IMG/VR virus record: IMGVR_UViG_3300045988_137103
DNA from: a virus
Length of the DNA: 64,000 nt
Direction: 5' to 3' (one strand)
Shown: piece after piece, positions 29,175 through 37,287 of the stretch
How the letters are laid out: every line of letters starts with the position of its first letter
Numbering within the stretch: position 1 is the stretch's first letter
The notes under the pieces: model-generated
Told to the model about the DNA's origin: nothing
Database searches by the model: none
The model's input: the letters and a program-made list of their open reading frames with translations, nothing else
Program-made: the position numbers and the translations under genes

Positions 29175-29807
29175 ATGAGCAAAGAAAAAGCTATTGAGAA
29201 AATCGATAAAAGTATTGACATACTTAAATGGTATCGCGTATCAAAGAATGAGAAAAATAAAGCTATTTGTTTTTTGCGTGAGGCACTTGAAGAGTTGGAG
29301 GACAATATGGAACAGAACAACAAACAGACGATGCCATGTTTCGAACTTGGCAACCTCTACGTCTTCAAAGAAGAAGACGAGGATGGTGAATTGACCATTA
29401 TCGGCAAACTCATCGCCAAGAACGAGAGCCAAGACACATTGACATTTGGCAATCAGTATGAGATTGAGACCGAGAACTTTGTTACCGATCAGGCATTTGA
29501 CCTTCGCATTAGTGTAAACAAGGATCTGCGAGAAGCTACAGAGGATGAAGCCAGTTTGTTCCAAGAGGCTTACACTCTCTGGAAAAAGAGCAAAGAACAG
29601 CCCTCGTTCAAACCTTTCGACAAGGTGCTGGTACGTAACAGCGGTTTTCACAAATGGAGACCAGCTATCTTCGTACAAACACGTATAGGTGAATCCCCAT
29701 ATAAATACAATGCTTTGCTATTATCTACGGGGCACGTAGGTGACTTTACCCAATGCATTCCATACGAAGGAAATGAGAAAATGGCATTCACTCCTGTCCC
29801 ATTCTAG
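29175..29807 (+). CDS. Hypothetical protein (210 aa)
   Basis: Protein-like composition. The antisense ORF 29241-29678 is a shadow frame. Confidence 0.6.
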   Translation: MSKEKAIEKIDKSIDILKWYRVSKNEKNKAICFLREALEELEDNMEQNNKQTMPCFELGNLYVFKEEDEDGELTIIGKLIAKNESQDTLTFGNQYEIETENFVTDQAFDLRISVNKDLREATEDEASLFQEAYTLWKKSKEQPSFKPFDKVLVRNSGFHKWRPAIFVQTRIGESPYKYNALLLSTGHVGDFTQCIPYEGNEKMAFTPVPF

Positions 29808-29845
29808 CTAAACAGAAATGTGGTTTTTATATAATATCAATCATC

Positions 29846-30274
29846 ATGGAATCAGAAGAAGCAAAGTCCAAACAAAAAGAAAGGCAGCGAGAATACTATC
29901 TTAAGCATCGTGAAAAGTTGCTCGCCTATTCTCGCAAATACATCCAGGAGCATCCCGAAAAGATGAAGCTGTATAAGGAAAATGCTGCCAAGAAACGAGC
30001 CAACGGCACTGGATATTATCAGAGATACTATCAGCGCAACAAAGAAAAATTGCTGGAAAAATCTAAGAGCTGGAGACAGAATCACCCCGAAAAGGTGAAG
30101 GAGTACCAGCGCAGATACTATCAGAAGAAAAGAGCAGCAGCAAAGAAAGAGAAGAAGATAATGCTGAATCCAGATATAGATAAGGCAAAATCCCTCTTCC
30201 GTGATCCTTCCAAGGCTGTTCATCTACAGTGGCTCCTGGAGCACAACAAAATTAAGCAATATGAATCATGCTAG
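29846..30274 (+). CDS. Basic repeat protein (142 aa)
   Basis: Two internal repeats of the type YYxxxxEKLLxxSxxxxQxHPEKxKxY. Confidence 0.55.
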   Translation: MESEEAKSKQKERQREYYLKHREKLLAYSRKYIQEHPEKMKLYKENAAKKRANGTGYYQRYYQRNKEKLLEKSKSWRQNHPEKVKEYQRRYYQKKRAAAKKEKKIMLNPDIDKAKSLFRDPSKAVHLQWLLEHNKIKQYESC

Positions 30275-31307
30275 TTTATTCAGCGGAATCGGTGGTGCAG
30301 AGGTCGCGGCATCCATGATGGGATGGCAGAACCTCTTCCATTGCGAGATACAAGAGTCCCCTCGCAAGGTGCTCCAATACTGGTTCCCAAATTCAGAAAG
30401 TTATGAAGACATTACCAAAACAGACTTCCATCAGTGGCAGGGAAAAGTCGATATTCTCACCGGAGGATTCCCATGCCAGCCTTTTAGCGTTGCAGGCAGA
30501 AGAAAGGGAGAAGACGATCACCGCTATCTCTGGCCACAGATGCTACGAGCGATTCGGGAGATTAAGCCCACTTGGGTCGTTGGTGAAAACGTTATTGGAA
30601 TCAGAACTATGGTGGAGCCCGGTCAAGAGATTAAAATGGGACGCACAGACGATTTCTTCGAAGAGAATTACATATATCGAGAGGAAAGCAGGTTCACACT
30701 CGAAAAAATCTGCCAAGAACTTGAAGCAGCAGGATATTCCGTCCAACCGCTTAATATTCCAGCTTGCAGTGTCGGAGCACCCCACAGAAGAGAACGCGTC
30801 TGGATTGTTGCCCACCGTACAGACTCAGGGGCTGAAACGCTGCAACAAGAAAGGAAAAACAGAGTTCATGCCTCTAGATCTCCTTCCTACGCCAACAGCA
30901 ACAGACAAAGGAAGTGGAAGAATAAACAGAAGTCCTTCTCCCGGTGCTGCAGAACGTCCAACACTGGCCCTTGCCGCAAAACAAGGACTCTTGCCGACTC
31001 CTTGCGCCATAGAAGCAACAAAGTTCACCAAGACCTTCAACCCAAATTCTCAGATGGGGAAAAGTCTTACGGCATTGGCAAACAGCGGAATATTACCTTC
31101 TCGGTCCCAAAAGAAGATTTCTGGAAAGACTTCCCAACTCAATCCCCTCTATGTCGAAGAAATGATGGGATTCCCTTTGATGTGGACCGCCTTACCATTT
31201 CTTTCCCAAAGTGGCGAACAGAATCAATAAAGGCTTATGGCAACGCTTGGGTACCACAAGTTGCTTATGAGATATTCCGGGCAATAGAGGCAGAAGAAAA
31301 GAAATAA
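30261..31307 (+). CDS. C5-cytosine DNA methyltransferase (frame A, 348 aa from MNHASLFSGIGG)
   Basis: Motif I LFSGIGG, motif IV GGFPCQPFSVAG, motif VI VVGENVIGI, motif VIII APHRRERVWIVAH, C-terminal FPTQSP...SIKAYGNAWVPQV (motif X). The roughly 100 residues between motifs VIII and X are Arg/Lys/Ser-rich and look like out-of-frame sequence. Confidence 0.8.
   Translation: MNHASLFSGIGGAEVAASMMGWQNLFHCEIQESPRKVLQYWFPNSESYEDITKTDFHQWQGKVDILTGGFPCQPFSVAGRRKGEDDHRYLWPQMLRAIREIKPTWVVGENVIGIRTMVEPGQEIKMGRTDDFFEENYIYREESRFTLEKICQELEAAGYSVQPLNIPACSVGAPHRRERVWIVAHRTDSGAETLQQERKNRVHASRSPSYANSNRQRKWKNKQKSFSRCCRTSNTGPCRKTRTLADSLRHRSNKVHQDLQPKFSDGEKSYGIGKQRNITFSVPKEDFWKDFPTQSPLCRRNDGIPFDVDRLTISFPKWRTESIKAYGNAWVPQVAYEIFRAIEAEEKK
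30403..31230 (+). CDS. Fully overlapping +1-frame ORF (frame B, 275 aa) carrying LLPTP-type methyltransferase target-recognition motifs
   Basis: Open for 828 nt entirely inside frame A. Contains LLPTPTATD, LLPTPCAIE and LNPLYVEEMMGFPLMWT. From memory, these occur between motifs VIII and X of a phage/plasmid Dcm subfamily. Status unresolved: a separate product, part of a frameshifted MTase, or a relic. Confidence 0.4.
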   Translation: MKTLPKQTSISGREKSIFSPEDSHASLLALQAEEREKTITAISGHRCYERFGRLSPLGSLVKTLLESELWWSPVKRLKWDAQTISSKRITYIERKAGSHSKKSAKNLKQQDIPSNRLIFQLAVSEHPTEENASGLLPTVQTQGLKRCNKKGKTEFMPLDLLPTPTATDKGSGRINRSPSPGAAERPTLALAAKQGLLPTPCAIEATKFTKTFNPNSQMGKSLTALANSGILPSRSQKKISGKTSQLNPLYVEEMMGFPLMWTALPFLSQSGEQNQ

Positions 31308-31345
31308 GATAGTAAATTCTATATTCCAAATAAAAGAAACAGCAA

Positions 31346-32731
31346 ATGAAAACAGATGGCTACATTCTTACTCCAGAGCTGCTGCAGTGGCGTTACTTTC
31401 ATCGTCCGGTGGTGGTACAGGTGCTCATCTATGTGCTCCTGTCTGCCACCCACAATGAGGCTTCCGCTGCTACGCTCTCCTTACGTCTGTTGGCTGATCG
31501 GCTCCATACCTCTGTCAAGTCTATCCGCTGTGCCATCGATGTTCTCATACAGGAACGAATCATCACGAAATGCAGCTCTCCCAAAGCCTCAACAATCGTG
31601 TATGTTAACAGTTCGCATCCCCTCTCCCACTGCATCCTACCATACCAAAACCCACTTGGGGCACAGAATGGGGCACTCTTTGGGGCACAGATAGGGGCAC
31701 AATCAGGGGCACAGATTTTAACTTCACAAGTTACTGATACACAAGGTTGTGCAGCATATCTTCAAGACAACAAGGGCACAGATAGGGGCACGATTAAGGG
31801 CAAAGATGGGGCACGCTCTAGGGCACACCCTAAACAAGGGGCACGCCAAAAGGCACAGTCTAGGGCACAGATTAACAATCCCGAAACCCCTTTAAATAAA
31901 GGTGATTCCGAAGATTCTGCCGAAGTTGAGGGCACAGATAAGGGCAAGGGTAAGGGCACAGAAGTAAGAGGAAAGAAACAAATAAAAGAAAACATTTCCC
32001 CCGAACCCCCTATAAAAGAAAACAAACAAAGAAAGGAGAAAGCCCACACCCACACACAAAAAAAAGAAAAAGAAAAAAAGTCGCAGGATCCGGAAGTTCA
32101 GTTCTCGGAAGTGCTAAGACTCTTCAATCGCCTATTCCTGGGCACGCAGGTCAAGCCAATCTCAAAGATGACTCCCGACCGCAAGAAGATGGTAGCCAAG
32201 TTTATCTCAGACTACTCCTTCGAGGATATAGAACCAATGCTTCGCAAGGCTCTCAACTCAGATCTTCTCTCAGGGCGCAAGGATGGTGGATGCTATATCT
32301 CCTTCAACTGGATCTTCAATCCGAAGAACTACGAGGCTCTGATGGAAGGTACCTTCGACAACCCTACAGTTGCAGCCTCAGCCGGGAAGAAGCCTCAGCC
32401 TTCAAGTTCTCCACCATCTGCTCCTCCACAGCCTCAACGCGAGGAGACTAACGAGGAAATAGAAGCTCGCCTAAGAATGAAAGAAGAGCGCAAGAAGGAA
32501 TTGAAGAAAGAACAGACCGAAGCCCTACGGCAGAAGTATCTAGGCTGGATAGAAGCCGCCAAGAAGAACCCGAATGGTTCCATGGCAAAGATGGTAAAAG
32601 ATGCCTACAAGAATGGCACTCTAGCCAAACTGGGCATCGTCTGGAATCCATCGGTGGCAGAAGAAGAACAGTCACTGGCCGACTTGGATGATAAGACACA
32701 GAGTTATCTCCAGTCTCTCCTCGGCGACTAA
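31346..32731 (+). CDS. Putative replication initiator / replisome organiser (461 aa)
   Basis: N-terminal winged-helix-like region, an internal low-complexity region encoded by the GGGCAC iteron array, and a conserved-looking C-terminal domain. Position and iterons parallel lambda O-type initiators. Confidence 0.55.
   Translation: MKTDGYILTPELLQWRYFHRPVVVQVLIYVLLSATHNEASAATLSLRLLADRLHTSVKSIRCAIDVLIQERIITKCSSPKASTIVYVNSSHPLSHCILPYQNPLGAQNGALFGAQIGAQSGAQILTSQVTDTQGCAAYLQDNKGTDRGTIKGKDGARSRAHPKQGARQKAQSRAQINNPETPLNKGDSEDSAEVEGTDKGKGKGTEVRGKKQIKENISPEPPIKENKQRKEKAHTHTQKKEKEKKSQDPEVQFSEVLRLFNRLFLGTQVKPISKMTPDRKKMVAKFISDYSFEDIEPMLRKALNSDLLSGRKDGGCYISFNWIFNPKNYEALMEGTFDNPTVAASAGKKPQPSSSPPSAPPQPQREETNEEIEARLRMKEERKKELKKEQTEALRQKYLGWIEAAKKNPNGSMAKMVKDAYKNGTLAKLGIVWNPSVAEEEQSLADLDDKTQSYLQSLLGD
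31658..31965 (+). repeat. Iteron-like array: about 17 copies of (G)GGGCAC(A/G) with about 12-bp phasing
   Basis: GGGGCAC starts at 31658, 31670, 31682, 31694 and 31707. Further copies lie near 31773, 31785, 31808, 31820, 31837, 31850, 31862, 31929 and 31953, plus degenerate GGGCAA units. Embedded in the initiator ORF, so a candidate ori. Confidence 0.6.
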
Positions 32732-32765
32732 GATACAAGTAATAAACAATTTAATTCATACGATT

Positions 32766-33344
32766 ATGGACAGACAAGAATTAATCGACCGCCTCAGCGG
32801 AAATCATTCTGAATACACCAAGAAATCTGCTACCAAACAGAAGAAGGTGCAACATGAAGGGCAGCTACAGATAGCTTGTGTACGCTGGTTCCGGCTTCAG
32901 TACCCGGCTTATGCCTCTCTCCTCTTCCATCCCAAGAATGAGGCAGATGGTGCTACCAGTGGTAAGAAGATAGCCATCAACGCTGCATCAGGAGTTGTGC
33001 CGGGCGTTCCAGATCTCATCCTGGCTCTCCCTTCATACAAGAATGGCAAAAATGGAGTTATCAACAGGGGTACAGAAGTATTCTACGGCTTGGGCATTGA
33101 ATTGAAGTATGGCAAGACAAACAATCAGACAGCTCATCAGAAACGTTTCCAGGGCTACTGGCAGTGTGCTGGCTATAAATACGCCCTCTGTCGATCTCTG
33201 GAAGACTTTATCAAAGTAGTCAATGATTACATGCTGTCAGTTGATTTAGGCATCCTTAAGGAAATAAGTTCTTACCATCAGAGCAACGATGATACAGAAC
33301 ACAACAAGCAAGTATTAAACAAAATCATTAAAAACAAGAAGTAA
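32766..33344 (+). CDS. VRR-NUC-type nuclease
   Basis: ...GVVPGVPDLILALP...GLGIELKYGKTNNQTAHQKRF matches the PD-(D/E)xK pattern (G.PD ... E.K ... Q) of VRR-NUC proteins. Start set at MDRQELID. Confidence 0.6.
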   Translation: MDRQELIDRLSGNHSEYTKKSATKQKKVQHEGQLQIACVRWFRLQYPAYASLLFHPKNEADGATSGKKIAINAASGVVPGVPDLILALPSYKNGKNGVINRGTEVFYGLGIELKYGKTNNQTAHQKRFQGYWQCAGYKYALCRSLEDFIKVVNDYMLSVDLGILKEISSYHQSNDDTEHNKQVLNKIIKNKK

Positions 33345-33345
33345 T

Positions 33346-33573
33346 ATGGAAATCGGATTTATCATTATCATGGTGTGCCTTGTATATATTGCCGGCACAT
33401 TCGTATATCTAGTATACCACCATAACCATCGCTCATGCAAGAACTGCAAGTTCTTCCACCCTAAGGCTGACAGTAAGTACAGCGGAACATGCAATGGCTT
33501 CGGCCATCATCGCTTTCACTGGGAATGCTGTGGGGAATGGAAACGTAAAACTACCAAACAGGATGAACTTTAA
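33346..33573 (+). CDS. Small membrane/Cys-rich protein (75 aa)
   Basis: N-terminal TM segment, then CKNCKF...CNGFGHHRFHWECCGEW. Confidence 0.5.
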   Translation: MEIGFIIIMVCLVYIAGTFVYLVYHHNHRSCKNCKFFHPKADSKYSGTCNGFGHHRFHWECCGEWKRKTTKQDEL

Positions 33574-33585
33574 AATCATACATCT

Positions 33586-34152
33586 ATGGGCAATTACATC
33601 AAACAAAACCTGATGCAGCCAACACCATCGGTTGCTGAGCAGGAGCAAATGAGGATGTGCAAGTTCTGTGTACATAGCCACATCAGCGACCTCGGCTACA
33701 ACCATTGCTGGAAGTCAGATAGTGCTAATTACAACGGAGATTCCCCTACAGGCGTCTGCTGGTCTTTCAGAGATAATCGGATATGGAAGCCCTATTATTT
33801 CTCTAGACTCATGTCTAGCTACAGGGGGAATATCTGCTGGGTAAGACCGATTTACAGCTCTTCTAAAAAGAGAAAGAACCGTATTATCCAATACGAAGTC
33901 GTCGACCCGGTAGCCTCAACAATAGATAAAGTTTCCCCCAAGGAGTTCGCTAGGGATTACATTCCAGCCACACCTGGCTCCAAGCCTCCACATACGATGA
34001 AGGAGTATGAGAAATGGGACACCTATTGTTTCGGTGGCTACGATTCACAGCTTTCAGAAAAACAGGAGGCAAGAAATTATCATGAAGCCAACTGGCAGCA
34101 AATCCTTGCTCAGGAAGCAATAGAAGAACAATTAAAACAAGAAGCAATATGA
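33586..34152 (+). CDS. Hypothetical protein (188 aa)
   Basis: ORF in the co-directional array. Confidence 0.55.
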   Translation: MGNYIKQNLMQPTPSVAEQEQMRMCKFCVHSHISDLGYNHCWKSDSANYNGDSPTGVCWSFRDNRIWKPYYFSRLMSSYRGNICWVRPIYSSSKKRKNRIIQYEVVDPVASTIDKVSPKEFARDYIPATPGSKPPHTMKEYEKWDTYCFGGYDSQLSEKQEARNYHEANWQQILAQEAIEEQLKQEAI

Positions 34153-34409
34153 AGAAAAGATATTTTTATGTAGTCGCATCATTCATGCGCAAAGACATAG
34201 CCAACACATGGCGTAAGGTTGACTTTACAATCATGAAGGATGATGGCTCATCATTGTTTCCTCTTATGGAGGCTATCAGAGTGATTAATGAAGGATATTC
34301 AGAGATTGCTGATCCTGCAACTATCCAGTTCGACAATTACCTTGAAATTAGCAAGGAAGACTACGAGGCTTACAACAAACTCAATAATTTAGTCAAAAAG
34401 AATAAGTAG
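34149..34409 (+). CDS. Hypothetical protein (86 aa)
   Basis: ATGA overlap with the upstream gene. Confidence 0.55.
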   Translation: MKKRYFYVVASFMRKDIANTWRKVDFTIMKDDGSSLFPLMEAIRVINEGYSEIADPATIQFDNYLEISKEDYEAYNKLNNLVKKNK

Positions 34410-34412
34410 CGT

Positions 34413-34526
34413 ATGAAAAGAACAATGATGACAGTTGATGAGTATTTATCTTTTATGAAAAAGTTAGAGAATGCTGCAAAGCGACATAAAAGAATAATTA
34501 TTTTGAAAACTAGGAAGATTTGGTAA
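34413..34526 (+). CDS. Small hypothetical protein (37 aa)
   Basis: Starts in the conserved TAGCGTATG junction. Hand translation MKRTMMTVDEYLSFMKKLENAAKRHKRIIILKTRKIW. Confidence 0.3.
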   Translation: MKRTMMTVDEYLSFMKKLENAAKRHKRIIILKTRKIW

Positions 34527-34529
34527 AAT

Positions 34530-34561
34530 CCACCGTTCCCAGCGATTCTATCGCTGGTCCC
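34530..34561 (+). repeat. Flank-conserved hairpin element, copy 2
   Basis: CCACCGTTCC-CAGCGA-TTCTA-TCGCTG-GTCC. The stem sequence differs from copies 1 and 4 but pairing is kept. Confidence 0.6.
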
Positions 34562-34580
34562 TCAAAAAGAATATAAGCGT

Positions 34581-34913
34581 ATGACAAAGGAAGAATATGA
34601 AGAAATGCGTAACACCATCGACTCCGTAGGCAAATACTTCAATTCCATCGAAGAGCTAACCAAGGTCAGAGATCTTGTAGAAGAAGTAGATGCATCAAAC
34701 AACATGGCTATGCTAGAAAGCCCTATAAAGCTGAATATATCCCTCGAGGGAATATGCCGTGTTGCAAACGAAGACATCACCAAGTATCTTGATGCAGAAA
34801 CAATTCTCTACATCAGAAATGCCATCCTACGAAGATTAAATGGCCGTATCGCATTCTTCGAAAATCAGATAGAAAACATTAATTACACCAAACGTAAAAC
34901 AAAGAAAAAATAG
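34581..34913 (+). CDS. Hypothetical protein (110 aa)
   Basis: ORF preceded by AAGCGTATG. Confidence 0.55.
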   Translation: MTKEEYEEMRNTIDSVGKYFNSIEELTKVRDLVEEVDASNNMAMLESPIKLNISLEGICRVANEDITKYLDAETILYIRNAILRRLNGRIAFFENQIENINYTKRKTKKK

Positions 34914-34916
34914 CGT

Positions 34917-35396
34917 ATGGAAAAGACAATTTATATACCAGGAGATCTGGTTATGACAAACGGCATTCCTATCGGAACCAAAAAGGGCATCGTTTACCAA
35001 GTCACAGAAAGTAATGCTGACAAATGTGCAAAAGTGAAAGATGAAAATGCATTCACTGAACTGAAAGGTTCCGTCACTCTTTCCAACTTAAAAGGAAAAA
35101 CCATTAAAGATGATGGATTCCTGTTCTGTGATAGTGGTGCATGGGTGAAGGATATTGTTCCTATCCCTCTTACTCCTTCCATACTAGAGAAGAATGGGTG
35201 GAAGAGGGATGATTATGATTGGTATAGATTACCTGTAAAAAGAGCTTATCTGTACATAACTAAAGATACTGAAGTTAAGGATGAGTTCTTGGTGTGTGCA
35301 GGTTTAGAAAAGCATAACCTGGCAAGTGTTAGTTTCGTTCACGAACTTCAACACCTTTTCTATGGATTAAAAATCAACTCAGAAATGGAGATATAG
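34917..35396 (+). CDS. Hypothetical protein (159 aa)
   Basis: ORF preceded by TAGCGTATG. Confidence 0.55.
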   Translation: MEKTIYIPGDLVMTNGIPIGTKKGIVYQVTESNADKCAKVKDENAFTELKGSVTLSNLKGKTIKDDGFLFCDSGAWVKDIVPIPLTPSILEKNGWKRDDYDWYRLPVKRAYLYITKDTEVKDEFLVCAGLEKHNLASVSFVHELQHLFYGLKINSEMEI

Positions 35397-35399
35397 CGT

Positions 35400-35549
35400 A
35401 TGACAGAGAAAGAGTTAAAAGCCAAATTAAGAGTTGATATGCTCATCTTAGAGATAGAATCCGCATTAAATATTTCTGGCTCCAAGTACATCAATGCAGA
35501 GCATGTCTTATCACAGTTGAGAATTATTAAACAAGAATTAGATCAATGA
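35400..35549 (+). CDS. Small hypothetical protein (49 aa)
   Basis: TAGCGTATG start and ATGA overlap with the next gene. Hand translation MTEKELKAKLRVDMLILEIE... Confidence 0.35.
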   Translation: MTEKELKAKLRVDMLILEIESALNISGSKYINAEHVLSQLRIIKQELDQ

Positions 35550-35794
35550 AGATAAAATTAATCAAACCAACGAAGTGCGCTCAGGATGTTCACGAAACAA
35601 CCAAATATCCTCGCCCATGGTTCAAGCCAAAGCCAAAGCTTCCAGCAGGTACGACTTTGGAGGTGGGTGATGTATGGACGAATTTCGTTGGTATATATTA
35701 TCGCTGTATATTGCCAGACGAAATGAAGGACAAAGGATATTCCATCCCTTACTACGACATTCCTGCCGACAAAGCAAAAGTAATAGAACTATAA
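35546..35794 (+). CDS. Hypothetical protein (82 aa)
   Basis: ORF in the array. Confidence 0.5.
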   Translation: MKIKLIKPTKCAQDVHETTKYPRPWFKPKPKLPAGTTLEVGDVWTNFVGIYYRCILPDEMKDKGYSIPYYDIPADKAKVIEL

Positions 35795-35815
35795 TTATTT
35801 TAAATATTTACAATT

Positions 35816-36496
35816 ATGGAAGTAAAAATTGCACTAATTATTTGCCTCAGCGTGGTCTTTATATTCACGCTAGGCATCGTCTCTTGCACGCTAAGAGACA
35901 AGAACTTCAAGGCTCGATTTGACAAAAGTAACGAGCGTTTAAAGAGAATCATCAAAGAGCAGCATGATGAACTTATCTCGTACAGAGAGGCTATCAAGAA
36001 AAATGATGCCAATCTAGAAAGATCTCTAGAGGTGTTAGCTTCTGCTTCTGATGTAATCAAAACCAGAATGTCTCGTTTGAAAGATACGGAAGAAGCTCTA
36101 TCCATGTTAAAGGTTGAAGTTGCAGACCTCAATTTGGGGCAGGATAAGTCTTTAAAGAAGATGGATGAAGCTATTCGGTCATTCTCTTCATGCGTAAAGA
36201 AAATTGAGAATAATAATGAGGTATCATTCAAACACTTTGAACAATATCTTGTCAGTCGTCCTTCCTACCTCTCTAAGGAAGAGAAGAAGCATTTCAAGGA
36301 ATATATGCAATCATGTGCCAGAGGCTATACATATATTAGCAATATGCCAAACAAAATGGACTTAGATTTTGTCTGTCTTGAAGATGTAGTAAAAGCACTT
36401 GAATTTGTAGGTAGAGACCAATGGGATTCATTATACATTAAATACCCATCAGAAGAAGAATATGCCAATGGACAGAATACAGAACGAAATCAGTAA
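35816..36496 (+). CDS. Membrane-anchored coiled-coil protein (226 aa)
   Basis: N-terminal TM segment IALIICLSVVFIFTLGIV followed by heptad-like sequence. The antisense ORF 35800-36231 is a shadow frame. Confidence 0.55.
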   Translation: MEVKIALIICLSVVFIFTLGIVSCTLRDKNFKARFDKSNERLKRIIKEQHDELISYREAIKKNDANLERSLEVLASASDVIKTRMSRLKDTEEALSMLKVEVADLNLGQDKSLKKMDEAIRSFSSCVKKIENNNEVSFKHFEQYLVSRPSYLSKEEKKHFKEYMQSCARGYTYISNMPNKMDLDFVCLEDVVKALEFVGRDQWDSLYIKYPSEEEYANGQNTERNQ

Positions 36497-36698
36497 ACTT
36501 CGTCATGAGCAGCATTTGCATGAAAGACTGCAAGAAGCCCAACTTCGACAGATAAAGCGTGAGCACGATGGTCTTCACAAGTGGATTACCATTAAGCCAA
36601 ATCTCAGGCTCCTCTGCCGGATAGACGAACATGGCAAACTCCTCCCTATAGAACAGGAGCGCATTAACAAGATAAAGAAAACATTAGGCATCAAATAA
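36462..36698 (+). CDS. Hypothetical protein (78 aa)
   Basis: ORF overlapping the upstream gene end. Confidence 0.45.
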   Translation: MPMDRIQNEISKLRHEQHLHERLQEAQLRQIKREHDGLHKWITIKPNLRLLCRIDEHGKLLPIEQERINKIKKTLGIK

Positions 36699-36699
36699 T

Positions 36700-37275
36700 A
36701 TGAGTGAACAGGCAGCCCTCGCATTTCGTAAGCTAGTAGCTTCTATGCGAACATTAGAAAAGCAGTATTGGGCACACCGCGATAAAGCCGCCCTCCGGAA
36801 ATCCATTGAACTGGAAAAGCGCGTTGACGATACCATCATGAAGGTTGATCCCAAAAACGTACCGCAAACAGACAATGGGAACTTCTTTATCCTGGTAGCT
36901 GAACTTCGGGTGGCAACTAAGCAGTATTTCTCTGAGAAGAAGAAACCTGATCCTGACAAAGAACTGGTGAAGACTCTCTTTAACACCATCAAGGAGAAGG
37001 AAGCAAAGATTGATCAGCAGCTCATACGCTTTCAGGAAGAAGACTTTCGCAAACAAGGCTACACAATTCAGTACCATGTCATGGAACGTCCATACAAATG
37101 CCCTCCTCATAGCCTCTTCCAGTCCACTGATGAACAGTTGGCAAATGTGATGTTTAATGATTACTTGCGCCATCCCTCACCCGGTACAATGATCTTCATG
37201 ATGAAGAAGTACATCGGCAAGGATGGTAAACCTCTCTCAGACGAAGAAATCGATAAATTAACGTATAACAATTAA
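36700..37275 (+). CDS. Hypothetical protein (191 aa)
   Basis: ORF in the array. Confidence 0.55.
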   Translation: MSEQAALAFRKLVASMRTLEKQYWAHRDKAALRKSIELEKRVDDTIMKVDPKNVPQTDNGNFFILVAELRVATKQYFSEKKKPDPDKELVKTLFNTIKEKEAKIDQQLIRFQEEDFRKQGYTIQYHVMERPYKCPPHSLFQSTDEQLANVMFNDYLRHPSPGTMIFMMKKYIGKDGKPLSDEEIDKLTYNN

Positions 37276-37287
37276 AAACAAAGAATT

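Noticed and set aside
29001-29178. Possible small ORF(s) between 28953 and 29175
   Set aside because: An ATG at 29001 and a stop overlapping ATG 29175 suggest a coupled small gene. I could not place both in one frame with confidence by hand-counting, so no coordinates are asserted.
31658-31965. CRISPR array
   Set aside because: The repeats are only about 7-9 bp with 12-bp phasing, lie inside an ORF and have no spacers of CRISPR size. An iteron/ori interpretation fits better. No CRISPR-like array is seen anywhere in the window.
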